Shown: positions 1-9,400 of the stretch, one piece after another
Layout: every line of letters starts with the position of its first letter
How positions within the stretch are numbered: position 1 is the first letter of the stretch
Assembly (NCBI GenBank): GCA_004431415.1
Contig: QPMI01000503.1
Location: 1-64,000 of the forward strand
Source: Cyanophora paradoxa CCMP329
Lineage: Eukaryota; Plantae; Glaucophyta
Length of the DNA stretch: 64,000 nucleotides
Reading direction: 5' to 3'
Program-made: the position numbers and the translations under genes
Notes under the pieces: model-generated
The model's input: only the letters and a program-made list of their open reading frames with translations
What the model was told of the DNA's origin: nothing
Databases searched by the model: none

Positions 1-272
1 CCTCGCCCTTTAACGACGGCGAGGTCAGCAGCGCCCTGGAGAGGATCTGCGACGCGCTGGGAATTAACTGGGAGCGCCTGACCGCGGAGGCGGCGGACGA
101 GGCCGCCGCGCCGAGTCGCTGGGCCAGTGAGGACACCAGCTCGGAGGAGATGACAGACGAAGAGGGAGACAGGGTGATTTACGTGGCGCGACCCGAGACG
201 ATTTTGCGACCTCGGAATCGGCTGCTCGGAGGGAGAGCAGAGGAGACCGAGGACGAGGACTCCGACGCCTAG
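1..272 (+). CDS. 3' end of a viral hypothetical protein with an acidic C-terminus
   Basis: Open frame from base 3, SPFNDGEVSSALERICDALG...EDEDSDA*, GC3-rich codons, stop just before the next gene's upstream motif. Confidence 0.55.
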   Translation, partial: SPFNDGEVSSALERICDALGINWERLTAEAADEAAAPSRWASEDTSSEEMTDEEGDRVIYVARPETILRPRNRLLGGRAEETEDEDSDA

Positions 273-306
273 GCGCGCCCCTTAAAATTTCCGAGGCGCT
301 AGGAAA

Positions 307-649
307 ATGTCAAAGGTGCTCCTAGGGCTCTCCCAGGCTATCGTGCAGTACGCCCTCGGCCTGGCATCCGGCTCCCTCATCGACGCCGCCTTCTCCTCGC
401 ACGAAGGCGAAAACAGGGCGGGCCACGCGCCGAGCTCGCCGCGCAAGTCGCCGTCAACGGCCTCTCCCTCGGCCTGCTCTCGAAATACGTGCTCACCCTC
501 AAGTTCTTCGACGACGACCCCACCGGCGAATTATGTTCATCCTCGGATTCACACACGGGCAGACGAACATGCTAATCAAGGCTACCAGCGCCAGCTTCGG
601 AATCAAGCAGGCGCTCGAGCGGAAGGCCGCCGCGATCACTAAAGAGTAG
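307..649 (+). CDS. Small hydrophobic viral protein, one frameshift near 430
   Basis: MSKVLLGLSQAIVQYALGLASGSLIDAAF continues in another frame as ELAAQVAVNGLSLGLLSKYV...DDDPTG...ITKE*; upstream motif present; stop abuts the VLTF3 stop. Confidence 0.55.
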
Positions 650-1609
650 CTAAAGAGTAGGAAAGAAATGCCAGTCGTTGTACTCGCAGATCCTGTTCCA
701 AATCGAATCTAACTCCGAGAGTTTCTGCCTGCTCTTGAGCAAGGGGAAAAAGGGGAGGTGCTGGGGCAAATCCAGCAGCACGAAAATCTGCCTGAAAACG
801 TAATTGTAGTTGAGCATGTTCTTCCTGCCCTGCGACTTGAACATGCTGAAGGGGACCTCCACCAGGGCGAACATCTCCTGCACCCGGTCCATGTCCTCCG
901 CGCTCATCGGAGGCGGGCGCTCGCCCGTGATGCGCCACTTGATCTGCGCCCAGCGCTCGATGTACTTCTGCTGCTTCAGAGCCCGGAGAACTTGGCGGAT
1001 ATTGTCTTTGCTCCACTCCTTCCCCGCCATGCGCCTCGCAGATAGCTGCCAGCACGTCCTCGGTACCGGAGAATCCTCCAGGCAGTGCTGCTTAAGTCGC
1101 TCGGAAACGTGGTACTTGCGCAGGTAGTTGCTGTGGAGCTCGCTGACAGCCAGGGGTTGATGGTCCGGATAATAAAGATCCAGGACCAGACCGCAGCCTT
1201 GGCAAACCAGATCCCCATCCAGGTGAACACCAACGAGGGCGGTAGAGCTGCAATTTCCGCAGGGGACAGCGGCTTCGCTTGGGGCCTTGGGTGCGGCGGT
1301 TGCGCTTGCGGGGGCGCTCTCCGGCCCCGAGGTAGGAGTTGGCGATGGCGGCGGCGGCGGCGGGGTACGGTGCCGGAGTGTCGAAGTCTGGGTCCCCCTC
1401 GTCGTGAAGGATGGCGCCGTAGCGCTGGATCTGCTCGAAGTTTCGGAGGAGGAGATCGATTTCGTTAGAGTCTGCCATTCCTCTGAGTCCTCGTACTGCA
1501 GCTGAGCTATTCCCCTGCAGAACCAACAGGTTGGCTTCTCAGAGGAGAGTGGGTCCCACTTGCAAGTGAGGAAGCACTTGTTGCAGAAGGCGTTGCTCAG
1601 GTGATTCAT
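650..1609 (-). CDS. VLTF3: Viral late transcription factor 3 (poxvirus A2/VLTF3-like) with Zn ribbon
   Basis: C-terminal RKNMLNYNYVFRQIFVLLD...FFPLLKSRQKLSELDSIWNRICEYNDWHFFPT is the typical VLTF3 signature; CGNC...CQGC ribbon upstream; true N-terminus uncertain. Confidence 0.9.
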   Translation of the reverse strand: MNHLSNAFCNKCFLTCKWDPLSSEKPTCWFCRGIAQLQYEDSEEWQTLTKSISSSETSSRSSATAPSFTTRGTQTSTLRHRTPPPPPPSPTPTSGPESAPASATAAPKAPSEAAVPCGNCSSTALVGVHLDGDLVCQGCGLVLDLYYPDHQPLAVSELHSNYLRKYHVSERLKQHCLEDSPVPRTCWQLSARRMAGKEWSKDNIRQVLRALKQQKYIERWAQIKWRITGERPPPMSAEDMDRVQEMFALVEVPFSMFKSQGRKNMLNYNYVFRQIFVLLDLPQHLPFFPLLKSRQKLSELDSIWNRICEYNDWHFFPTL

Positions 1610-1709
1610 GTGAGGCTCAGGTGATGCTCAGGTGAGGTGCGGACGTACCCCGGGGCCCCACGTGGAAGCTCACCCCAGCCTCGGAAAATTTTCTAGGCCT
1701 TGGTCTGAC

Positions 1710-2551
1710 ATGCTCAACCTCATCGCGAGGGGCGTGGCAGCAAACAGGCAAGCCCGGGCACCGAACCCTCACCTCCGCATGGACGCCTCCGGCCGCTCCC
1801 GGGTAGAGACGCACATCGTGGTGGGCAACATCAACGACAAGGTGCTGGCGCCCGACAAGACGTGGTTCCAGAAGGTGCTGGACGCGGCGCCCGTGAGGAA
1901 ACTGAACGGGGAGGATCGGCCGCAGCGCGAGTCGAATTTCATGATCACCATCCAGACCAACTACAAGCCGCGGAGCAGGGGAGAGGGCTCCAAGGTGCAG
2001 GACGCGTTTCACAGGGGGCTGGAGGCCCTCTTCTACGACGACAGGCAGCTGGCGCGGTGCATAAAGATGGGGGTGTACCCCGACAAGGCGAACCCCAAGG
2101 GCTTCGATTTCAAGTCCGACCAGTACGACACGCACGTGGAGAAGGGCAACGCGAACATCGGCATCGAGTACGGGCCGCGGTCGGGGCGGCTCCACGCGCA
2201 CATCCTGCTCACGCTGGTGCACTACTCGCGCGTGCAATTCGACGGCAAGAAGGCGTCGGATTTCCTCATCAAGTTCATGCAAACGGAGGGGCAGGCGGCC
2301 TGCCGAATTTCTACAAGGACGACTGGTTCGGGGAGGAGTACCAGAAGACGGCGGTGCGGCCGATACGGAGAAAGGACGCCCTCGGCATGCAGTGGACGGG
2401 CAAGGAGACGGGCTACAGGAAGCGAGAAACCGCCAGGCAGATGCACGTAGACGTAAAATTGCTGCCGCAGAGCAACCTTAAGGATCTGCTGCAGCTGTAC
2501 ATTACGAAGACGGTAGAGGCCCTCGAGACGGGCGCTGTAAAGCTCGTGTAA
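1710..2551 (+). CDS. HUH-superfamily (Rep-like) endonuclease 1, frameshift near 2290-2300
   Basis: Motif I-like NFMITIQTN, motif II EYG...LHAHILL, and motif III LYITK in the shifted frame ending at 2551; ATG 1710 follows AAATTTTCT. Confidence 0.75.
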
Positions 2552-2572
2552 ATTTTTTCTCGTGTCCAATAA

Positions 2573-4600
2573 ATGCCTCCGAAGCGCCGAGGCCGCAAGA
2601 AGAAGCCAGAGAGCTCGAGCGAGTCAGAGGAAGAGGAGCCCACGTCCCCGTCCTCCGAGTCGGAGGAAGAAGAGGAGGAAGAGGAAGAGGAGCCGGAGCC
2701 TAAGCCGAAGGGCAAGGGCAAGGGGAAGGGAAAGGGAAAGGCAAAGGGAAACGCGCCCGATACCGGCGTGGACGAGCTCGAGACGCCCGTCGTTGAGATT
2801 CCGAAGCGATACGTGCTGGTTCAGGGCGAGGACGGCATATTCCAGCAGCAGAAGAGCATATCCGATTACATCAAGCTCTCGGCCACCAAAGAAGTTCAGA
2901 TGCTCCCATCGCTGCTCGATAAATCATACCACGAGCCCGCGACCCTCTGGAGCATCCACAGCGAAATCGAGTACGATAAACTCCCCGAGGAGCGACTGCG
3001 CGCCATACCGCGCACGTACCAGAGCGCGCAGAAATCGCCGCCAATCTGCTACCGCTGCCTTCGCCTCATGTACGAAGCCACGCCCGTGCCGAGCGCCAAG
3101 GGGGCCAACACGCCAGAGAAAATCGCCGCGAGGGAGGCAGCGCAGGCGAGGAAGGATGCCGTGTACGAAGAGTACGTCGCGGTCATAGAGAAGGCAAACG
3201 CGTGGGCGGCCAAGCAAAACGGCAAGGGAAAGAAAAAGGGCCAGGAGCCGTACCCCTCATCAAGGACAAGAAGCCGGCGCAGGTGCCCACGGTGTCGCCC
3301 AGAAACTCGTGGCTCTGCCAGAAGTGCGTCACGCTGCTCGGCAACAAGGGCCTGCTCGTGATCTTGGGCCTGCAGAGGCGAAAGAGGGGCGACACGGCCA
3401 CCGTCTCCAAGCAGACGCGCGACCACATGGTCGAGAGCGTGCTCGGCGGGCCGAAGCCAAAGACCACGAAAAAGGCAAAGGATACGGCCGCTGACTTCGG
3501 ATCGTCCGTCATCGAGCCCAACTCTGCGCAGTCGAAAATCAGAAAGGCGAAAATCGTGGCGCCGAGCATGGAAGATTTAATGGCAACCTTCGCGGACGCG
3601 CAAGAGGTAAAGCAGAACATAGAGAAGGCGAAAACGGGACTGCAGGCGGCGCAGGCAAACGGGCTGGAGGCGCTCGAGAAGGTGATCACGGAAATCAGCG
3701 AGACGGGGCGGTCGGTCTTCATCCTCAACAAAAGAATCCCGACGGAAGCACGCGGTACGACATACGACAGGCGCGCCAGTCGCGCTACTGGGTGCTCTTC
3801 AACACCCACAAGCGCCTGGGAGAGGCGCGAGAATTCGAGGCGGCGGCGCTGCGCGACAGCCTCGCAGAGGTGCTCTCGGATGCAGAATTCTACAAGTTCA
3901 TACGCTTCAATATGAAGGAAGAGAACGGCAAGTACAAGGACGACACGTACGCCAACGCAATCATCGGAATTCGCGTGCAAGGGGGCGTGGAGGTGGGGCC
4001 GACGGACGGCGCGCTGCACGCCCACGTGCTGGTGACGATCGATCACATATCGAATTTGCAGGTGCTGTGGGCGAATTACGACTGGGTGGTGCTGCTGAAG
4101 GAGAAGGAGCCGAGCACCACGACGGTGTACGAGCGGCTGCACCAAATTCTGTCCGCGAAATTCACGGCGGCGGGCAGCGCCTCGTAGACCAGAAGAGGGC
4201 AGAGGCAGGGCCTCAACCGAGCATCGATACGATGGTGGAAATCGCAGAGCTCGAGCGCATGCTGACGGAAGAGAAGATAGGCATGGGGAAAGATCCGCCC
4301 ACCGTCCTTGCGTCGCTGATCCCAGAGGAAAATTACGCGAGCAAGCTGCAGGAGTACCTCTCAAAGACGCTGCCCGACAAGCAGAGGCGCGATTTACTGA
4401 AAGAGTGGTCGCACGCGCGAAACACGAACAACACCGACAACAACACGGACGGGTACCTCTTCACGATTTTCCAGGCGGACGCCGGCCAGGCGGACGATCC
4501 CCGCTTCGCGCCGCAGGCCGCGGAAATCGGCGACCTGAGGGCCAGGGGCCGAGGGCGCGGCAAAGGCAAGGGGCGCGGAAGGGGAAGGGGTAGCGGATAA
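2573..4600 (+). CDS. Long HUH endonuclease 2 with acidic/basic N-terminus and CxxC pairs; frameshifts near 3250, 3760 and 4170
   Basis: Joined frames give an NLS-like start, CYRC and CQKC, RYWVLFNTH (motif I), EVG...LHAHVLV (motif II), LQEYLSK (motif III) and an RG-rich tail. Confidence 0.65.
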
Positions 4601-4622
4601 TAAATCTGACGGGCCCGCGAAA

Positions 4623-4994
4623 ATGTTCCAGGGGGAATGCACCCACTCGGACATCATCACCGTCGTCTGCGGCGCGCTCTTCCTGGTCTCGGAGCTGCTG
4701 GGCGGCACGGAGCGCGTCGGCCCCAACACAGTGCTGGGCGCCCTGAAGGCGGCGGCCCTTAGGGTCGTCCGCCGCGGACAGCCCGAGCCCGAACCCCCAC
4801 CGGAGCAGCAGAGGCGCGAGAGCACGCAGAACATAGGGCCGCACCACGTCGACATTCAGATGACGCAAACCGGTACCCGTTTTTTTCTAGAGAACATGGG
4901 AAATGGAGACTCCCGCGACACCAGCCCCCAGCGCAGAGGCTCCAGCGCCCAGCAACTCCAGCAGCAGCACCGCGGCCTACCCTTGGCTTCTTAG
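4623..4994 (+). CDS. Small viral membrane protein
   Basis: Hydrophobic IITVVCGALFLVSELLG...PNTVLG segment; AAAATG start; true 3' end uncertain. Confidence 0.5.
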   Translation: MFQGECTHSDIITVVCGALFLVSELLGGTERVGPNTVLGALKAAALRVVRRGQPEPEPPPEQQRRESTQNIGPHHVDIQMTQTGTRFFLENMGNGDSRDTSPQRRGSSAQQLQQQHRGLPLAS

Positions 4995-5253
4995 GACTTA
5001 CGCGCGAAAGAAGCAGCAGCAGCCGAAGGCACCGGCGGAAATGGCGGCTGACCTGGATCGGTGCACCCGCCGCGCCATCGCGAGCTACGCCAAGCGCGTC
5101 GAGCAGTACCACCCCCAGATGGCAGAGGACGCCCGGGCGTACGCGAAGAACCCCGCCGCGAGCCCGCCCGTGATGGCCGCCGTCATCGACCGGCTGCAGT
5201 GGGCGCTGCACGAGGAGGGAGAGCGCGTCAGGAATTTCTTCATGCCCAAGTAA
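4903..5253 (+). CDS. Viral hypothetical protein
   Basis: ORF preceded by TTTTTTCT...AAATG; GC3-rich codons. Confidence 0.6.
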   Translation: METPATPAPSAEAPAPSNSSSSTAAYPWLLRTYARKKQQQPKAPAEMAADLDRCTRRAIASYAKRVEQYHPQMAEDARAYAKNPAASPPVMAAVIDRLQWALHEEGERVRNFFMPK

Positions 5254-5275
5254 ATTTCTGAATGGGCCCTTAACA

Positions 5276-5464
5276 ATGTCGTCCATGCTCCCGAGCCTCG
5301 ATGATATCACCAGCGATTCCCGCTACCTGGGCAGCCTGCTGACCCTCGGCGCGGTCGCCTACATGTCGCCCGCGCGCTACTACCTCGTGCGGATCCTCGC
5401 CGCGCAGTTCGCGGGCTACTACTTCGTGGGGCCCTACCTCCTCAACGGCCTGAGGAAGGCATAA
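5276..5464 (+). CDS. Small viral membrane peptide (62 aa)
   Basis: Two hydrophobic stretches; fits exactly between motif-bearing spacers. Confidence 0.6.
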   Translation: MSSMLPSLDDITSDSRYLGSLLTLGAVAYMSPARYYLVRILAAQFAGYYFVGPYLLNGLRKA

Positions 5465-5487
5465 TTTCTCAGGCCCCTTCCTAAATA

Positions 5488-5937
5488 ATGTCCTGCGTCA
5501 ACCTCTACGTCCAGTCGAACGGAGAGACGCAGGATTCCGAGGGCTTCTGGCGCCTCAGGCTGAACCAGATCCCCGCCGACATCGACACGCTGCAGATCAA
5601 GGGCGTCTACCTGGAGCTGGACACGACCGCGATTCCGGACCCCACCGCCGCGAAAACCGTCAACGTTCTGCTGATGGACGTGCCCGACTTGAACGTCACG
5701 ACCATCTCGAACGTCAACACGTGCATCAACAAGGTCGTGATCCCGACGTGGGGCCACGACGGCCTCGAGAACACCATCCTCTACTGGTTCGAGGTGCCCA
5801 TGGCCGTGCGCCCGAACTACGTCGCGTACGACAAGTTCCAGGAGCTGCGCGTGCGCTTCACCGACATCACGGGCGCCACCAAGAAGAACAACGCCTTCAT
5901 CGTCAAGAACTTCGGCCTCTGGGCCTTTGCGAAATAG
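5488..5937 (+). CDS. Beta-rich viral protein, possible minor virion protein
   Basis: 149-aa ORF with alternating hydrophobic pattern and strong codon bias; upstream motif. Confidence 0.6.
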   Translation: MSCVNLYVQSNGETQDSEGFWRLRLNQIPADIDTLQIKGVYLELDTTAIPDPTAAKTVNVLLMDVPDLNVTTISNVNTCINKVVIPTWGHDGLENTILYWFEVPMAVRPNYVAYDKFQELRVRFTDITGATKKNNAFIVKNFGLWAFAK

Positions 5938-5958
5938 ATTTTCGCAGGCCCCCCTTAA

Positions 5959-6435
5959 ATGCGCCTGATCATATTCCCGCGAAAGGGCTCGGGCGTCAAG
6001 ACGCGCACCTTTACGGGCGTGCCTGGCTACCCCTCGCCCCTCACTTACAGAGTCGATCTTGTAACCGCCTCTGGTCCAATTAAATACGGGCTGCTGCACA
6101 GCCTCAGTCACATCCGTCTCGGCGAGAGCGCATGGCAGGACTTGGCCTTAATCGTAGAATTCGAGTACAGGGGGGTAGACACGCTAACGGGCGAGCACGT
6201 TTACAGGGTACGGGTAGCAAGGGAGGGGTACTCGCTGCCGAACGGCACGGGCGGGGAATACTGGGAGCCGAAAATACGCGACGCCTCCGAGGCCTACCGC
6301 TGGCTGCGTGACGAGCAGATCACTATCAGGCCCGATTACCCCTACGCCGACGTTTTCTGGCAGGTGCCCGTGGGCCGTTGGACAACGGGCGAGGTGAGCG
6401 GCAAGCTGAAGTGGACGTGGGACGCGGAGCATTAG
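5959..6435 (+). CDS. Viral hypothetical beta-rich protein
   Basis: 158-aa ORF, TAAATG start, upstream ATTTTC. Confidence 0.6.
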   Translation: MRLIIFPRKGSGVKTRTFTGVPGYPSPLTYRVDLVTASGPIKYGLLHSLSHIRLGESAWQDLALIVEFEYRGVDTLTGEHVYRVRVAREGYSLPNGTGGEYWEPKIRDASEAYRWLRDEQITIRPDYPYADVFWQVPVGRWTTGEVSGKLKWTWDAEH

Positions 6436-6460
6436 TTAATTTTTCTCTCTCGCGGATAAA

Positions 6461-9400
6461 ATGTCGATGCTCGACGACCCCTGGCGCATGGCCATCCCGA
6501 ATCCGGACGAGGTGCTGAACGGCGCCTTCGCGATAGACGGGAGCCTGAGCGTGAGGGGAATTTACGCGGACGAGATAAGGCTGCGCAAGGGCGCGACCTA
6601 CAGCGATTTCCTGACGTCCGTCGGTACCTTGGACGATTACGGTGACCTCACCGCAATTATCAAGGGGCTCTGGGGCGTCACGACCGAGACGGGCGTGGAC
6701 TGGAACATTATTAAGAGGGCGGCCGACGTGAAAATCGCAAACTCCGTTACAGCGAAAGACGCCACCCTGAACCTCGTGAAACTGACTCTAAAGGGCGCAG
6801 AGGGGGACGTGAGGCCCGGGTACAACGCACTCGAGCGCATCGCGGGCCCCCTGCGCCACATCTACTGGAGCCGCCAGGCGCTGCCGAGCATGGAGCCCGA
6901 GCAGTACAGGCGCGACAGGGAGGAGTTTTTCGCGTGGTTCGACCACTTCAAGGTGAACATCCGCGCCCTGAGCGCCGACAGGACGGGCGAGACGCCGGAG
7001 ACGACGGGCGGGGGCCGCATCCCAACGGCACCCGACGTGCTCCCCGATCGCTCAGACTGGGCGAAGACGCAGAACTGGGCGCTGAAGGACCACTTCCACG
7101 ACGAGAGGTACGCCCTCGTCAAGCACCCGCATGTGAAGGCCGACATCACGGACTGGGCGCACCGCCACCTGTACGACGACATCATCGGCGGGCCCAAGGT
7201 GCCGGGCGCGATTCCGGGTGGGGGTACGGGCGGCGGAAGCACGGGAGGTGGGGGTACAGGCACCGGGGGTGGGGGTACAGGCACCGGGGGTGGGGGTACA
7301 GGCACGGGGGGCGGAGGGGGCTCCAGTGGCACGCCCGTGGGAGGGGGCGGGGGTAGCAGCGGCTCGGGTGGCGGCGGCTCGGGCGGAGAGAGCGGCGGAG
7401 GGGGTACGCTCGTGCCGATCCTTGGTACAACAACGGGAATCTTCGGCGCGGCCCTGATTGCAGGCGGTGCAAAGTACTACAGGGATCGGAAGGCGTACGA
7501 AAGGGACATTGCAGAGCTGCAGAAAGATAACAAAACGATCGTTTACTCAGACGAGCAGGTGAGAATACTGGCAGAGGAGCTGAAGACAAGGGAGCGGCAA
7601 TTTAACGAAATGAGGACAGCGGCCGAGAAAAAGATAGCGGACGATTTGAAAGAGGCGAGCGATAGAATTGAGAAATCCCTGGAGGCCGAGGAGAAAGCCG
7701 AGATCCGGAAGAGAGAGGCCGATAGGATCGTGGAAAACGCGATAAGGGAGGCAAAGGAGCAGGCAAGGACCGAGCTGGAGAAACTGGACATGGAAATAGC
7801 AAACAAGGTCAACATAGCAAACGAGGTCGAAGAGGGCACAAAGATGCTGGACGATGAGCGAAAGGCAGCGGAGGAGCAAGCCAGAAAAGCAAAGGAGGAT
7901 TTAAGGCAGCTCGAACTGCGAGAACAGGAGAGGCAGAAGGCAGAGGGGCTCGCATCCACCATACGATTCAACCTAGAGCAGCAAGTGAAAACGCTGACGG
8001 CCGAGCTGCAGAGGATAGGGACGGCTGTGCCAAGGGGCACAATGGAGACGCAGACGACGCCAAGGCCCGATCCAAGGCCGGCCGCCGAGAGGCTGCCCTT
8101 CGCGCGGCTGGGTAGGAGCGACCAGGTGGAAGAGCTCATTGGCCTCACGCTCGAGGATCAGAGGGCCCTCTTCGACGCGTTAGAGCAGCGGCGCAGGGCG
8201 GACGAGGAGGCAGCTGCCAAGACAGAAGAGGAACGACTGAAGGCAATGCAAACTGCATCAGACGAGGAATTTGCACGGCTGGAGGAGCCGAAGGTAGCGG
8301 AGCGTAAGCGACGACTGGAGACGTTCAGGGGGGCGCAGATGGATTTTTACCGCTCGGAGCTCAAAAGACTGAAAGAAGGAAATGCATCGGGGGACAGGCT
8401 CCGCGCCATGGAAGAGAACATGCGCGACTTTAGCTACGTTATGGATCAGCTGACGGGAAGGGGTCAGAAAGACGCCGAAGAACTGAGGAGAAAGATGGCC
8501 GATGAGAAGTGGAAAAACTTTGAGCGTCAGGCTGTTCAGAGGCCCATCAGCGATGCCATCTGGATAGCATACGGCGACGTGGAGGAGATGCACAGAGAAC
8601 TGCGGACGGAAGCGAGCCTGTGGCGGGGAGCCCTCGAATGGTCACTGTACCGGATACAAAAGGGGGAGTTTTTGGCAGAGCTGCGAGCCAATCCGAAAAC
8701 GGTGAGCGCGGGCGCACAGAGCGCGTACCTCTCCATGGTCGATTACGTGGGCAAGCTGAGCAAATTTTGGGAAATGCGAAGAGCCATCATTCCAGCGGAG
8801 GGGCTCGCGCAGTACGATGCCATGGTGCGCGATCTGGAGGCCTTCAAACGTGAGCACCCACCCGCCAAATACAAGATTCACATAGATACGACGGCATTCA
8901 TGGGCGATCTAAGGAAGAGAGGAGACGAGGCCAAGAGTCAGATCGAGGAGCGCTACAGAAAGGCCCAAGCGGACAAGGAGTACGCAAACAGGGTGATCGA
9001 AGAGCGGAAGCAGCAAGCCAAGGAGAACGCGGCGAGACGCAACGCCGAGATAGAAGAGCAGAGGCGGAAGATCGCAGAGCGCAAGGCGGCAGAGGAAGAG
9101 GCAAGAAAGACCAAGGTAGAGACAGAGTACCAAGCATTGAAACGGGAGGCCAATCAACTGTTAAAAAGGAGGGGAAGGGCCTACGCCGACGAGGGCGCGG
9201 GCGTGGGCTCGGCCAGCCCGGACGACATCACCCTCGCGGAAAGGGACGACGTTTCCGTAGAGGAAATGCGCCCGGGCACGGCTCGCCTGCCCTCCGAGGG
9301 CGTATTTCAGACGCTCGACAGGCGCGTGATGGGCGACTCGGACGTTATTCTGCGCAACGCCCTCATGCCCTACGGCGACTGGAACCGCGCCACCGCCGAC

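Noticed and set aside
1710-4600. Helitron or CRESS-virus Rep
   Set aside because: No PIF1 or SF3 helicase is fused or adjacent, and the genes sit among dsDNA virus genes
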